Assembly (NCBI GenBank): GCA_965213705.1
Contig: OZ243913.1
Span: forward strand, 384,001 to 448,000
Direction: 5' to 3'
Source: Trueperaceae bacterium
GTDB taxonomy: Bacteria; Deinococcota; Deinococci; Deinococcales; Trueperaceae
Length of the DNA: 64,000 nucleotides
Shown here: positions 29,208-38,955 of the stretch, piece by piece
Layout of the letters: every line of letters starts with the position of its first letter
How positions within the stretch are numbered: the stretch's first letter is position 1
Position numbers and translations under genes: made by a program
Notes under the pieces: generated by a model
What the model was told of the DNA's origin: nothing
Database searches by the model: none
Seen by the model: only the letters and a program-made list of their open reading frames with translations

Positions 29208-30545
29208 CTAACCGAGAACGGCTTCGCGCGTTTTTGCGTAGCTGTCCAGCAACCGCGCGTAGTCGGCCGCCGACAGCGCCGCCTCCCCCTCTTTTTTGAT
29301 GCGTTCGGCCTCCGCGGCCAAGGCTCGCTGGCAGTGGGCGTCGTCCATTTGCGCCGCCATCTTTTGCACCGCCCTGAGCAAGTATTCCAGGGTCATCACG
29401 TCCGCCTTGCCGTAACTGCGGATGGGTCCGAACAAGCGTTCCACGAGCGGGGCCGGGTTGACCACGGGCACAACGACGCGCAGCTTGTGGTCGTCGTCGT
29501 AGCGGTAGGGTTCGGGCAAGTCGCGCTGCTCCAACAACACCAAATTATCAGCGATGCGGTCCACGCACATCATCGCCGTAAAGGGGTCGTTGATGCCCGG
29601 CGACAGGGCGCGCAGGGCGACCTCCAACAACTGGTCGAACAAAAAGTCCATGTCTTGGTCTTGAGTTCGGCCCGGCCCCAGCGCGAAGACCTCTTCTAGG
29701 TCTTTTTGCAAGTCCGCCAGCTTTTCGCCCGGGTACACTTGCGCCAGCGCGCCCCCCCGCATCACGTAGTCGCCGGGGTTCAGCAGCAGCTCGAGGACGA
29801 GGTCGTGCTCACGAGCAATTTTGAGCAGGCCGTCGTTGTCGATAATCCTCAAGTAACCCCCTTTGGAACTGAACAGCGTTTTTTGCTTGTCCGCAAAGTC
29901 GTCAGGCAGCCGCTCACCTGTTTCGCCCTGCAAACCCTGGCCCAGACTGGCGGGAAAAAGTGTTCTGTCGTCGTAACCGCTCAGGATTTTGTGCGTGAGG
30001 GCGTGGCTGACGCGCGCCAGGATGGTCGTAACCTGAACGCTTTCGGCGGTGTGGTGAATAAAGTAAACGAACGCGCCCAAGTTGACGACCGTCAGGGCGA
30101 CGGCTACCGTGAGCGACAGTTGCGGCACAAAAGCGGCGCTTTGGACAAAGTCGCCGTCGCCCCGCACGGTTCGCAGCACGAGGAGCGAGTACAAAAAACT
30201 CGCCAGGAAACTGCCCAGCACGAGTTGGTTGCCGCGGTCCCGCATAAAGTTGCCCAACAAGCGCGGTCCGAACTGGGACGAGGCCATCGTCAGGACGACC
30301 ATGACGATAGAAAAAGTCAGGCTCGCGACCGACAACATCGAGCCCGCGACGGTGCCGAGCATGGTTTTGGCCCCTTCGGGCTGACTTAAATAGATGAGCG
30401 GGAGTTCAAGGCTCGCGAAGTCGACGCGTTCGTCCAGGCTGAGAGTGAGCAGCGACAACAAAAACGCCCCCAAAATCATCAGGGTCGGCACAAACCAGTA
30501 GCTGGCGCGAAGATACGAGACCAGGTTGCGAAAACTCGCGCGCAC
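29208..30545 (-). CDS. DUF2254-family membrane protein
   Basis: SYWFVP, FSI.MV.L..ASSQFGPRL and EVALRALSPGINDPFTA motifs. GTG 30545 chosen as start; the ORF stays open upstream to 30710. Confidence 0.85.
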   Translation of the reverse strand: MRASFRNLVSYLRASYWFVPTLMILGAFLLSLLTLSLDERVDFASLELPLIYLSQPEGAKTMLGTVAGSMLSVASLTFSIVMVVLTMASSQFGPRLLGNFMRDRGNQLVLGSFLASFLYSLLVLRTVRGDGDFVQSAAFVPQLSLTVAVALTVVNLGAFVYFIHHTAESVQVTTILARVSHALTHKILSGYDDRTLFPASLGQGLQGETGERLPDDFADKQKTLFSSKGGYLRIIDNDGLLKIAREHDLVLELLLNPGDYVMRGGALAQVYPGEKLADLQKDLEEVFALGPGRTQDQDMDFLFDQLLEVALRALSPGINDPFTAMMCVDRIADNLVLLEQRDLPEPYRYDDDHKLRVVVPVVNPAPLVERLFGPIRSYGKADVMTLEYLLRAVQKMAAQMDDAHCQRALAAEAERIKKEGEAALSAADYARLLDSYAKTREAVLG

Positions 30546-30584
30546 CCCTAACCCCGAACCGGAACGCGGGAGCGGCGAGCGGCC

Positions 30585-30636
30585 GAGGTGCAGATGTATG
30601 AGGTGCAGATGTATGAGGTGCAGATGCATGAGGTGC
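30585..30636. repeat. 15-bp tandem repeat x3.5
   Basis: GAGGTGCAGATGTAT x2, GAGGTGCAGATGCAT, GAGGTGC. Confidence 0.9.
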
Positions 30637-30877
30637 CGACGTGTAACGCGGGCTGCGACGTGTGATAAAGTTGTGGCATAGACCTCAACGTACCCTATTC
30701 GGACAAGCAAAAAAAGTGTTGAAGGGTGAGGTCGAAACGAGCTTTTCAGGTTGGGCTCGAGCCACCAAAAAGAGCGCTTTGACGCAGTTCGGAGTCGCCG
30801 GTCACCATACTCTGAGAACAGAGTGAAAAAGTAGTGCGTGAAATGTAATACTACGAACGGTACGAAAGGGGAAATGT

Positions 30878-31936
30878 GTGAGACGTCTTAGTGTAGCTGT
30901 CCTGGTGGGTTCGGCCCTGCTGCTGAGCGCTTGTGGTCGGTCCGCCCAGCAGACTTTGGAAGCCGAGTTGCAAAACACGCGCGGCGAGCTTACCCAGTCG
31001 CGCGAAAAGTTGAACGAACTGGAAACCAACTTAGCCGAATCCAGGGCCGAGGCGGAAACGTTCCGTCAGCAAGCCGATATTTTGCAACGGGCGACCGTCG
31101 ACCTGCCCGACATCGAAGGTGTCGAGGCGTTGCGGCTGCGCGTGAGTCAGCTCGAGAACCAGGCCGAAACCGTCACGGAAAGCCAGCGCGGTCTGGACGA
31201 AGCCCTCGCCAACGCTCGCACCGAAGTCGCGAGTCTGCGCGACAACATCAGCAACCTCAGCAACGAAAGAGCCGACTTAGAGCGCCAACTCGCCGAAGCC
31301 CAGGCCGAGGCCATTCAAGCCAGGGTCCGCGCCGAAAACGCCGACGACGTCGCCGAAACGCAAGAGGCCGCGCTCGACGTGACCAGGAGCACCGTCGAGG
31401 CCGAAGTCAACGCGCTGCAAGCGCAGCTCGAGGCGGTCGCCGAAGAACGTGACGCCGCGCTGGAACGCGTGGGCGAACAAACCAACCTGCTCGCCGACAT
31501 GCGCGCTCAACTGAACGACCTGCGCGGCAACCAAGCCGAGTTGGAAGCCCAACTGCAAGCGCTGAGCGCTGAAAACGCCGCCGTCGCCCCCAACCAAGAA
31601 CAGATAGCTTTTTTACAAGAGCAGCTCGACGCCCTTCAAGCCGACCTGATAACGACGCGTGAAGCGCTCCGGGAACGCCCCACCGCTACCCAGCTCAAAG
31701 TGGCCGACGACGTTATCGCCCGGTTGCGGACCGAACTGGAAACGCGCCCGTCGCAAGCCGAAATAGAGGCTTTGCAAACCCGCTTGAACGTTTTTAGCGA
31801 AAGTCCGGGTGCCACCGGCGCAGCCGATTTAGAAGCGCGTTTGTTGAGCGCTTGCACCCAACTCGGTGAAGCGTTTACCGACCCCTCGAGCCTGCCTTAC
31901 TGCGACGGCTACCTGGCGCCCGCCCCGAGCAACTGA
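30878..31936 (+). CDS. Coiled-coil lipoprotein of unknown function
   Basis: Lipobox LSAC, about 300 aa of heptad repeats, C-terminal Cys pair. Confidence 0.8.
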   Translation: MRRLSVAVLVGSALLLSACGRSAQQTLEAELQNTRGELTQSREKLNELETNLAESRAEAETFRQQADILQRATVDLPDIEGVEALRLRVSQLENQAETVTESQRGLDEALANARTEVASLRDNISNLSNERADLERQLAEAQAEAIQARVRAENADDVAETQEAALDVTRSTVEAEVNALQAQLEAVAEERDAALERVGEQTNLLADMRAQLNDLRGNQAELEAQLQALSAENAAVAPNQEQIAFLQEQLDALQADLITTREALRERPTATQLKVADDVIARLRTELETRPSQAEIEALQTRLNVFSESPGATGAADLEARLLSACTQLGEAFTDPSSLPYCDGYLAPAPSN

Positions 31937-32063
31937 GCCGCCTCACCAGAGGAGTCCGCTGGACTCCTCTGCCCTATACGGATGGCAAAGCGCCATCCGT
32001 ATTTTCTTGTTCCAACCGGGTTGGTTTGGCGGGCGTCGTCCCAAAACGGTACTGCGAGCAAGT

Positions 32064-33332
32064 TCAGTTCGGTAAGGGGTCCGACGGGTGCCGTGGCGGG
32101 GTTGCGAAGACAAAAAACATCGAGCCGAGCGCGGCAAGCCCGGACAACACCAAAAAACCCAGGGTGTAAGTGCCGAACCGGTCCGCAAACGCGCCCGCCA
32201 AAATCGGCCCGCTGATGGTCCCCAGCGTCACGATGATGTTTGAAAAGCCCAAAATCTGCGCGAACGACGTGCGCCCGAAATAGTCCGCGCGGAGCGACTG
32301 CATCAGCGGGCCGCGCAGCCCCCACGCCACGCCGTGGATGACCGCAAAGGCGACGACCCAGGGTAGCGTCTGTCCAAACGCCAAAATCAGCAAACCGACC
32401 GCGTGTCCGAACATCGCGCCGGTCGCCAAAAAACGCTTGTTGAAGGCGTCGCCCAAAAAGCCGCCCAGGAGCTGCCCGACCACGCTCATCGTCGTCATGA
32501 CGGCGACGAGCGTCGCGGCGAGCTGCAGCGAAAACCCCAAATCCTGCTCCAAGTGCAAAACGAGGTGCGTGAGCACGGCGAACACCACCATGAGCGCGGT
32601 CGCGTGACCAAAGGAAAGCAGCCAAAACGCCCTCGTTTGCAAGGCTTCCGTGACGGTAAAGTCGCGTTTTTTTGCGGCGGGTACGCCGGAACCCGGCTCG
32701 GGTCGTACGCCGTCGGGCGCCAAGCCGTAGTCCTCGGGGCGGTTGCCGACCAAAAAAGTGAGCGGGATGCCGAGCAGCAAGACGATGACGCCCGTAAAAA
32801 ACGCGGTCGAGCGCCAGCCGTTCGCGACCAGCGACCAAGCGACCAACGGCACGAGCAGGCCGCTCGAGCTAAGCCCGGTTTGCAGCAGCGCGAACGCGGT
32901 CGAGCGCCGCCGCTCGAACCACTGCGCCGCGACCGAGTTCAGCGTCAAGAACCCTGCAAAACTCGCGCCGACCGAGATGAGCGCGTAAACGAGGTAAAAC
33001 GCCGTGAGCGAGTTCACTCGGCTGAACAACATCAGCGCGACCGAGAAAATGACGATGCCGACGCGCAGAATACTCCGCGCCCCGAAGCGCCCGATGAGCC
33101 AACCCTGGAGCGGCCCCAAAATCCCGCTGCCCGCTTGCTGAATCGAAAAAGCCACCGCGAACGAGGTGCGACTCCAACCGAATTCGGGCTGCATCACCGA
33201 GATGTACGCGCCGAACGACTGCAAGGTAAAGTTCGAGGTCAGAATTTGCAAGCCGAAACAAGCCGCCAGCACCCACCAGCCGTAAAAAACGTTCTCAGCC
33301 CACTGTCTCGTCCGCGCTATCGCCCCAAACAC
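32064..33332 (-). CDS. MFS transporter (OFA/MCT-like)
   Basis: FYGWWV, EFGWSR, G.L..RFG.R, WF.RRR..A and DYFGR motifs, about 12 TM. Confidence 0.9.
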   Translation of the reverse strand: MFGAIARTRQWAENVFYGWWVLAACFGLQILTSNFTLQSFGAYISVMQPEFGWSRTSFAVAFSIQQAGSGILGPLQGWLIGRFGARSILRVGIVIFSVALMLFSRVNSLTAFYLVYALISVGASFAGFLTLNSVAAQWFERRRSTAFALLQTGLSSSGLLVPLVAWSLVANGWRSTAFFTGVIVLLLGIPLTFLVGNRPEDYGLAPDGVRPEPGSGVPAAKKRDFTVTEALQTRAFWLLSFGHATALMVVFAVLTHLVLHLEQDLGFSLQLAATLVAVMTTMSVVGQLLGGFLGDAFNKRFLATGAMFGHAVGLLILAFGQTLPWVVAFAVIHGVAWGLRGPLMQSLRADYFGRTSFAQILGFSNIIVTLGTISGPILAGAFADRFGTYTLGFLVLSGLAALGSMFFVFATPPRHPSDPLPN

Positions 33333-33440
33333 GAGTGTTTACCTTAACGCGGGCTCTACAGGAGGTGTGTCTTGTACGGCGAACCCCCCGGAAAAGTCCA
33401 CCTAGAAAAGTCGACGGGGCACACCATCAACCACCCGGTT

Positions 33441-33517
33441 TGTCATTCCGGGCGAAGCGGAAGAATCTCGCTTTCACCGTACCTGTAGGGATTCTTTCGC
33501 TAACGCCAAGAATAACG
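33441..33517. repeat. Degenerate CGTC/TGTC-type REP-like palindromic element
   Basis: TGTCATTCCGGGCGAAGCGGAAGAATCTC...GGGATTCTTTCGCTAACGCCAAGAATAAC, nested inverted arms. Confidence 0.55.
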
Positions 33518-33590
33518 GGTTGGGGGTCGACCCGGATGATGGGTTAGGGCTCGAGCCCTTCGTCACATGGCTCGGGGCCACAAAAGCAAC

Positions 33591-34376
33591 TCAGTCCGGC
33601 GGGTCGTCTCGAGCCTCCAGCTTGTCGAACAGCGTCCGCAGCATCACGCGCTCGGTCACGCCCGGGAGCCAGCGGCCCAGCGCGGCGAAGAGTTTGTTGC
33701 CCGCTCCGGGAACGTAGCGCCGGCGTTTTTGCTGGACGGCGCGAACTATACCTGCGGCCAGCACCTCGGGCGGCATCCTTTTGTGTTCGCGGCGGTTGTC
33801 CGGGCTGTGCTCAGCGGCGTGCGGCGTGCGCGTCGGGCCGGGGAAAACGCTCAGGACGTGAATCCCTTGCGGGGCCAGCGCCACGCCCAAACTGCGGGCG
33901 TAAGCGGTCAGCCCGTCCTTGCTCGCCGCGTAAACCGCCGCGCCCGGATAGCCCACGAAGTGCGACAACGACAAAATGAAAACGACGCTGCTCCCGCGCA
34001 CCAGCACGCCCGCGGCGAGCAACGCCCGCGTGAGCTGCAACGGCGCGCGCAAGTTTACGTCCAGCACGGTGCGCTGTACTCCTAAGTCGGAATGTTCGAA
34101 CGCGCCGACGGCGTTGATGCCCGCACTGTGGACGAGGATGTCCACGGGCTCTGTTCCGAGCGTCGCCGCCAGCTCGTTCAAGTCGGCGGGGTCGGCCAAG
34201 TCCCCGAACAAAAACCGTGGTTCCACCCCCGTCTCAGCCCGGATTTTTTCCGCGACTTCGGCGGCACGCCGTTCGTCCCGGTCGATGCCGACGGTCGCCC
34301 AGCCGAGCGCGGCGTAGCTTTGCAGGAGCGCCGCCCCGATGCCGCTCGCCGCGCCCGTCACGACGACGCTCTTCAC
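33591..34376 (-). CDS. SDR oxidoreductase
   Basis: TGAASGIG and YAASK motifs. Overlaps the upstream SDR (GTGA). Confidence 0.92.
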   Translation of the reverse strand: MKSVVVTGAASGIGAALLQSYAALGWATVGIDRDERRAAEVAEKIRAETGVEPRFLFGDLADPADLNELAATLGTEPVDILVHSAGINAVGAFEHSDLGVQRTVLDVNLRAPLQLTRALLAAGVLVRGSSVVFILSLSHFVGYPGAAVYAASKDGLTAYARSLGVALAPQGIHVLSVFPGPTRTPHAAEHSPDNRREHKRMPPEVLAAGIVRAVQQKRRRYVPGAGNKLFAALGRWLPGVTERVMLRTLFDKLEARDDPPD

Positions 34377-35116
34377 CCGCGCCTGCGTGCGGCCGCGTCG
34401 ACCACAGCCGGCAAGTAACGCCCAAACGCCCGCAACGTTTTGTTTCCCAAACCCGGCGTGACCGTGTGACGTTTCGACGCGGCAGCCCGGTACACCTCCT
34501 TAGCCACTTCCTCGGCGCTCGAGAACCGTTCGACCTTGAACTTTCCGGCCGGCACACCGCTTTTTCGGTGCATCGGGGTACGAATCGCGCCGGGGTAAAA
34601 GGTCAGCACGCCGACCACGCCGCCAAGCTCGAGCCGCAAGTTCCGCGCAAAACCCGCCAGCGCCGCCTTGGTCGCGCCGTATACCGCATAGTCGGGCGCG
34701 CCCAAGTCCGCAGCGACCGAAGCAACGAACACGACCTTGCCGCCCGCACCTTTGAGCAACGGCAACAGCGCCCGCGTCAGCAAGATGGGGGCGTAAAGGT
34801 TGACCGCTAAAAGTTCCTCCACACTCAGTTCCGACTGCCGCACCGGGTCGCCGTACCAGCCGACCGCCGCGTTGTGGACGAGCAGGTCGAGGTGGTTGAT
34901 GTTGTGAGCGGCCAGCCAAGCCGTAAACGTCTCGGCAACATCGGAACGCCCTAAATCGCAGCGGAGATAGGTCGCTTCAGTAAACAAAGTCTTGTCGAGG
35001 TCTTGCAGGGGTTTTCGGCCGCCGAGAACGAGGTTTGAGTCGCCGGCGTAAAGCCGCGCCAGCTCTAAACCGAGCCCGCTCGTCGCGCCGGTGATGAGGA
35101 CGGTTTTCGGGGTCAT
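34373..35116 (-). CDS. SDR oxidoreductase
   Basis: TGATSGLG, HNAA and YGATK motifs. Confidence 0.92.
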   Translation of the reverse strand: MTPKTVLITGATSGLGLELARLYAGDSNLVLGGRKPLQDLDKTLFTEATYLRCDLGRSDVAETFTAWLAAHNINHLDLLVHNAAVGWYGDPVRQSELSVEELLAVNLYAPILLTRALLPLLKGAGGKVVFVASVAADLGAPDYAVYGATKAALAGFARNLRLELGGVVGVLTFYPGAIRTPMHRKSGVPAGKFKVERFSSAEEVAKEVYRAAASKRHTVTPGLGNKTLRAFGRYLPAVVDAAARRRG

Positions 35117-35169
35117 GAGGGTTTACTGTACCAAACCCGAGAAACCCCCTCTTCCCCGCTTCACGACCC

Positions 35170-36012
35170 CTACCAACTCCCGCGCGGCTTTCCCCTTTCG
35201 GTGATGCCGGTAAGCCTTTGTTTTATAAGCTTGTCGAAGGGCGCGTGCGTAAGGACATAAAAGGTGTCGGCCTCAACCGCCTCGAAAACGGTTTTGGCGA
35301 TGTCGGCGGGTTCCGTACCGCCCTCGACCAAACCGGAAATCGTGCCCGCCACGCCGACGCTTTTGGGGTCGAGCGTGCGCGGGTCGGTGCGCTCGGTACG
35401 GGCGCGGTTGCGTTCGGACGTGTGGATTTGCGTCTTAACCCAGGCCGGACACAGAACCGACACGCCGACGCTCGAGTCCGCCTCTCGCAAGTCCAGGTAC
35501 AGCGTCTCGCTCAGCGCGACAACCGCGTGCTTGGTCACGCCGTAGGCGTTCATGCGGGCGTTGCTGATGAGTCCGGCAATCGAGGCCGTGTTGACGACGT
35601 GCGCTCCCTCACCGTGCGCCAACATGCGCGGCACGAACGCCTTGACGCCCCACACGACGCTCATCAGGTTGACGCCGACGACCCAGTCCCAGTCGCTCAA
35701 GCTGCTTTCCCACACCGGTTTCGGCGCGCTGCTCACGCCCGCGTTGTTAAAGAGCAGGTGAACCGGGCCGAACCTTTTTTCAGCTGCTTCGGCGAGATGT
35801 TCCACCGCCCCATAATCGCTCACGTCGGTCGGGACGCCCAGGGTGTCGGCACCTGTGGCTTTAAGTTCGGCTTCGACCGTGCTGAGGTCTTGCTCATTGA
35901 TGTCGGCGAGGACGACGTTCATGCCTCGGCTTGCAGCTTCGTGCGCCAGCGCCCGCCCGATGCCGCTGCCCGCGCCCGTGACGACGGCGGTTTTGCCGGC
36001 AAAGTCTTTCAC
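35170..36012 (-). CDS. SDR oxidoreductase
   Basis: TGAGSGIG, NNAG, NTAS and YGVTKH motifs. Confidence 0.93.
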   Translation of the reverse strand: MKDFAGKTAVVTGAGSGIGRALAHEAASRGMNVVLADINEQDLSTVEAELKATGADTLGVPTDVSDYGAVEHLAEAAEKRFGPVHLLFNNAGVSSAPKPVWESSLSDWDWVVGVNLMSVVWGVKAFVPRMLAHGEGAHVVNTASIAGLISNARMNAYGVTKHAVVALSETLYLDLREADSSVGVSVLCPAWVKTQIHTSERNRARTERTDPRTLDPKSVGVAGTISGLVEGGTEPADIAKTVFEAVEADTFYVLTHAPFDKLIKQRLTGITERGKPRGSW

Positions 36013-36224
36013 AGGCTCCTTTCTACAGACAGCCAGCCCTCGGCGGCCTCACAAAGGTTTGCAAGCAAGCCCCCAAGCGTTTCTCCCTGAGTAGCACAAC
36101 CCGGCAAAGTGGGCACCTCCGCCCAATAATCGCCCTCTTCGGCCTCGTGAACGACGATGTTCGGCTTCACACTCATCCTCCTTTTGAAAGTCGGATTTCC
36201 AACAACCCGTGCAGCGTAACGACT

Positions 36225-37241
36225 TCAGCCGCCCGAATCCTCGGACACCTTGACCATCAGCTTGCCTGTTTTGTCGCCGGTAAACAGCTTGTTGATAACG
36301 GTGGGGGCGTTCTCGAGACCCTCTTCGACCGTCGTCTGGTACTGCAGCTTGCCCTCTTGCAGCCACCCGGCCAACTCCTGCACCGCTTGGGCGGCGCGCT
36401 CAAAATAGTCGAGAACCAAAAAGCCCTCTATCTTGGCGCGTTTGCTAATCAAGACCGCCAGGTTGTGAATTCCCGGCCCCGCCTCGGTCGCCGCGTACTG
36501 CGAGATGTAGCCGCACAGCGGCACCCGCGCGCCGATGTTGAGTTGTGGTAGCACCGCGTCCAGGAGCGCGCCGCCGACGTTCTCAAAGTAGATGTCGATG
36601 CCGTCTGGACAAGCTTTGCGCAGACTCTTGTAGACGTTTTCGGTTTTGTAGTTGACGGCGGCGTCCGCGCCGAGTTCGTCACGCAGGTAGGCGCACTTCT
36701 CGTCGCTCCCGGCGATGCCGACGACGCGCAAGCCCTTAATCTTGCCGATTTGACACACCACCGAGCCGACCGCGCCCGCCGCGCCGGACACGACCAGGGT
36801 TTCCCCCACCTGCGGTTTGCCAACGTCGAGCAGCCCGTAGTACGCGGTGATGCCGGTCATGCCGAGCGGCCCCAGGTAAGCCTCCAATGGTACCCCCGTT
36901 CGCGGCAAGGTCTGCAACCCCTTGCCGTCGCTCAGCAAGTATTCTTGCCAGCCCGTCATCCCGCTGACAATGTCGCCTTTTTTGAAGGCCGGGTTTTTGG
37001 ACGCCTCGACCACGCCCAAGCCGCCGCTGCGCATGGTCGCGCCGATTTTTACGGCAGGCAGGTAGCTGTCGGTTTGCGCCCACATGCGCTGGGTCGGGTC
37101 GAGGGACAAGTACAGCACGCGGACGAGAACCTGGCCGTCGCCGAGTTCGGGCACGGCCTCTTCATGCCAGGTGAAGTCTTCGGGTTTGAAGAGGCCTTCG
37201 GGTCGCTGGGCGAGCCGCCACTGGTGGTTGGTCGGGGGCAT
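36225..37241 (-). CDS. NADP-dependent MDR oxidoreductase (CurA/PTGR-like)
   Basis: YLSLDP, GMTGITAYYGL, SGAAGAVGS, YFENVGG and CG.ISQY motifs. Confidence 0.93.
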   Translation of the reverse strand: MPPTNHQWRLAQRPEGLFKPEDFTWHEEAVPELGDGQVLVRVLYLSLDPTQRMWAQTDSYLPAVKIGATMRSGGLGVVEASKNPAFKKGDIVSGMTGWQEYLLSDGKGLQTLPRTGVPLEAYLGPLGMTGITAYYGLLDVGKPQVGETLVVSGAAGAVGSVVCQIGKIKGLRVVGIAGSDEKCAYLRDELGADAAVNYKTENVYKSLRKACPDGIDIYFENVGGALLDAVLPQLNIGARVPLCGYISQYAATEAGPGIHNLAVLISKRAKIEGFLVLDYFERAAQAVQELAGWLQEGKLQYQTTVEEGLENAPTVINKLFTGDKTGKLMVKVSEDSGG

Positions 37242-37315
37242 GGGTTTCCTCCATTACAAGCTCGAGCCTTTGCAAAAAGGGAAAGGTCAACCCTCTCCCC
37301 TTTTCAGGACGCGCG

Positions 37316-38476
37316 TCAGTAGCGGTACACCGCCGCTACCAAGCCTCCGTCGGGTACTTCTTCTTTAAGCACGGCGTAGACTTTGCCACCGTTCAACAGG
37401 GTTTGCACCGCGGCCAAGTCGAGCAGGTCTTCGTCGCCGGACTGCTGTTCGTCGTGCAGTTCCAGGGTGCGGCTGTCGGGGTCGAAGCTGCCCCACTGCT
37501 GTTCGCCCAGGCCGACGACGAGCGTGTCGACGCGCGCGTCCACCGCCGCCAAGACGACCTCGTTCAGGTCGCCGGAGGCCGTGTCCAGGTGCGCCTGCGA
37601 GGCGTATTTCTCCAGCGCTTCTTGTCTGGCCCGGTCGAAGTGCGGCTCGACGACCGCCCAGGCTTTCTCTCGCACCTCGTCGTCGCGCCACTCGTCCGGG
37701 TTGCCGGTGACGGGTTCCGGCATGAGGTGGTTGTAGTGATTGGCCTCCTGGTAGAGGCTGAACAGGTAGTCCACGCCCGCGAACACCAACGGGGTGGTGC
37801 CCTCGTCGAGTTCGTCGGTCACGCCGTTCTCGAGCATCTTGAAATACCGCAAGATGTCCTCTTTTTTGTCGTTGTCGCTCGCGCCCGAGCCGTGAAAGGC
37901 GATGTCGGGCCGCGCCGCGCCCGGTCGACTGCCGGAAACCGCGTGGTACTGCAAGGACTCTTCGGGGTCGTCGAAGCGCAACGCCTCGGCCATGCTCGTC
38001 GGCACGTCGTCGGCAAGCTTGACCTCGGTGACGCTGTACTGCGTCGCCGCGAACAGCCGCGCCTTGTTCAGGCTCACCGCCAGCACGTGAAAACGGCCGT
38101 CGCCGGTCAACATGGGCAGCAGCGGTTTGAGGTGATAGCGCTCGGAGACGACCGTGAGGCTTTCGAACTCGACCGGCAAGCTGTAGGGGTGCGACTCGCC
38201 CTCGCTCAAAAACATGGCGAAGCCGCCGTACTGGTGCTGCCACAGGTCGTCGTCGTCGATAAGGGCCTGCGCCGGCGCGAGCAGCGCGGTCACCTCACGC
38301 GGGCCTAAACCCTTTTCTTCCAGCATCGCCGCGGCCTCTTGCACGCGGTTTTTGAAACGGATGGGGTTCTCGCGGGTGTCGGGGCCGGCCTGGTGCATCG
38401 GCGCGTAGAGCGAAACGGCGTATCCGCCTTTTTGAGCGCTCAGGGCAGTCAGGTCTTCTTTGGTCAGGGTATCCAT
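37316..38476 (-). CDS. Bacterial aeRF1-like release-factor homologue (baeRF3/7-type), no GGQ
   Basis: VSLY.P, NPIRFKN, F..KPL-like YHLKPL, GNPD, A...RVDTL and DLLD.AA..TL..GG.V. GAGGAGG RBS before ATG 38476. Confidence 0.8.
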   Translation of the reverse strand: MDTLTKEDLTALSAQKGGYAVSLYAPMHQAGPDTRENPIRFKNRVQEAAAMLEEKGLGPREVTALLAPAQALIDDDDLWQHQYGGFAMFLSEGESHPYSLPVEFESLTVVSERYHLKPLLPMLTGDGRFHVLAVSLNKARLFAATQYSVTEVKLADDVPTSMAEALRFDDPEESLQYHAVSGSRPGAARPDIAFHGSGASDNDKKEDILRYFKMLENGVTDELDEGTTPLVFAGVDYLFSLYQEANHYNHLMPEPVTGNPDEWRDDEVREKAWAVVEPHFDRARQEALEKYASQAHLDTASGDLNEVVLAAVDARVDTLVVGLGEQQWGSFDPDSRTLELHDEQQSGDEDLLDLAAVQTLLNGGKVYAVLKEEVPDGGLVAAVYRY

Positions 38477-38566
38477 AGTGTCCTCCTCATAAACATCGTA
38501 AACGTTCAGGCAGCATGGCACAGCCACACAAAAAGGACTGTAAGGTCGCTCGTTGGGTCCAAAATC

Positions 38567-38598
38567 ACATTGACAAACATCAATGTATTGACTAGAGT
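38567..38598 (+). promoter_or_regulatory. Leaderless ars promoter with overlapping ArsR operator
   Basis: TTGACA (38570-75), 17 nt, TAGAGT (38593-98), 6 nt, GTG. Inverted repeat ACATTGA-N6-TCAATGT (38567-38586). Confidence 0.85.
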
Positions 38599-38604
38599 AG
38601 TTTT

Positions 38605-38940
38605 GTGCCTCGAGTCCTGTTGCCCCCGGCCGCCGCCCCAAACACCTCGCTCACGGCCGAGGTCCGCACCTTCAAGGCGCTCGCCGACGAGGCGCGGCTC
38701 AAGATTTTGGCGCACCTCGTCAGCCAAGACGCCCGCTGCTGCACGCCCGGTGAAAGCGTGTGCGCCTGCGACTTGGAGGGCGTTACCGGCTTGTCCCAAC
38801 CCACCGTCAGCCACCACATGAAGGTGCTGATACAGGCCGAACTCGTCAGCGGCGAAAAGCGCGGCCGTTGGATGTACTACCGCGTCGACCCACAGGGTTT
38901 GGAGCTTGCCAAAGCAGCCCTGACGAGGCTCGGCGGCTAA
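38605..38940 (+). CDS. arsR: ArsR/SmtB-family metalloregulator
   Basis: FKALAD..RL.IL, CC....VCACDL, SQPTVSHH.K.L and GRWMYY motifs. Confidence 0.92.
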   Translation: MPRVLLPPAAAPNTSLTAEVRTFKALADEARLKILAHLVSQDARCCTPGESVCACDLEGVTGLSQPTVSHHMKVLIQAELVSGEKRGRWMYYRVDPQGLELAKAALTRLGG

Positions 38941-38955
38941 AAATTTTCGACTCAC

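Noticed and set aside
33591..37241. Three SDRs plus an MDR as a biosynthetic cluster
   Set aside because: No scaffold-forming enzyme or dedicated regulator. These are generic oxidoreductases.
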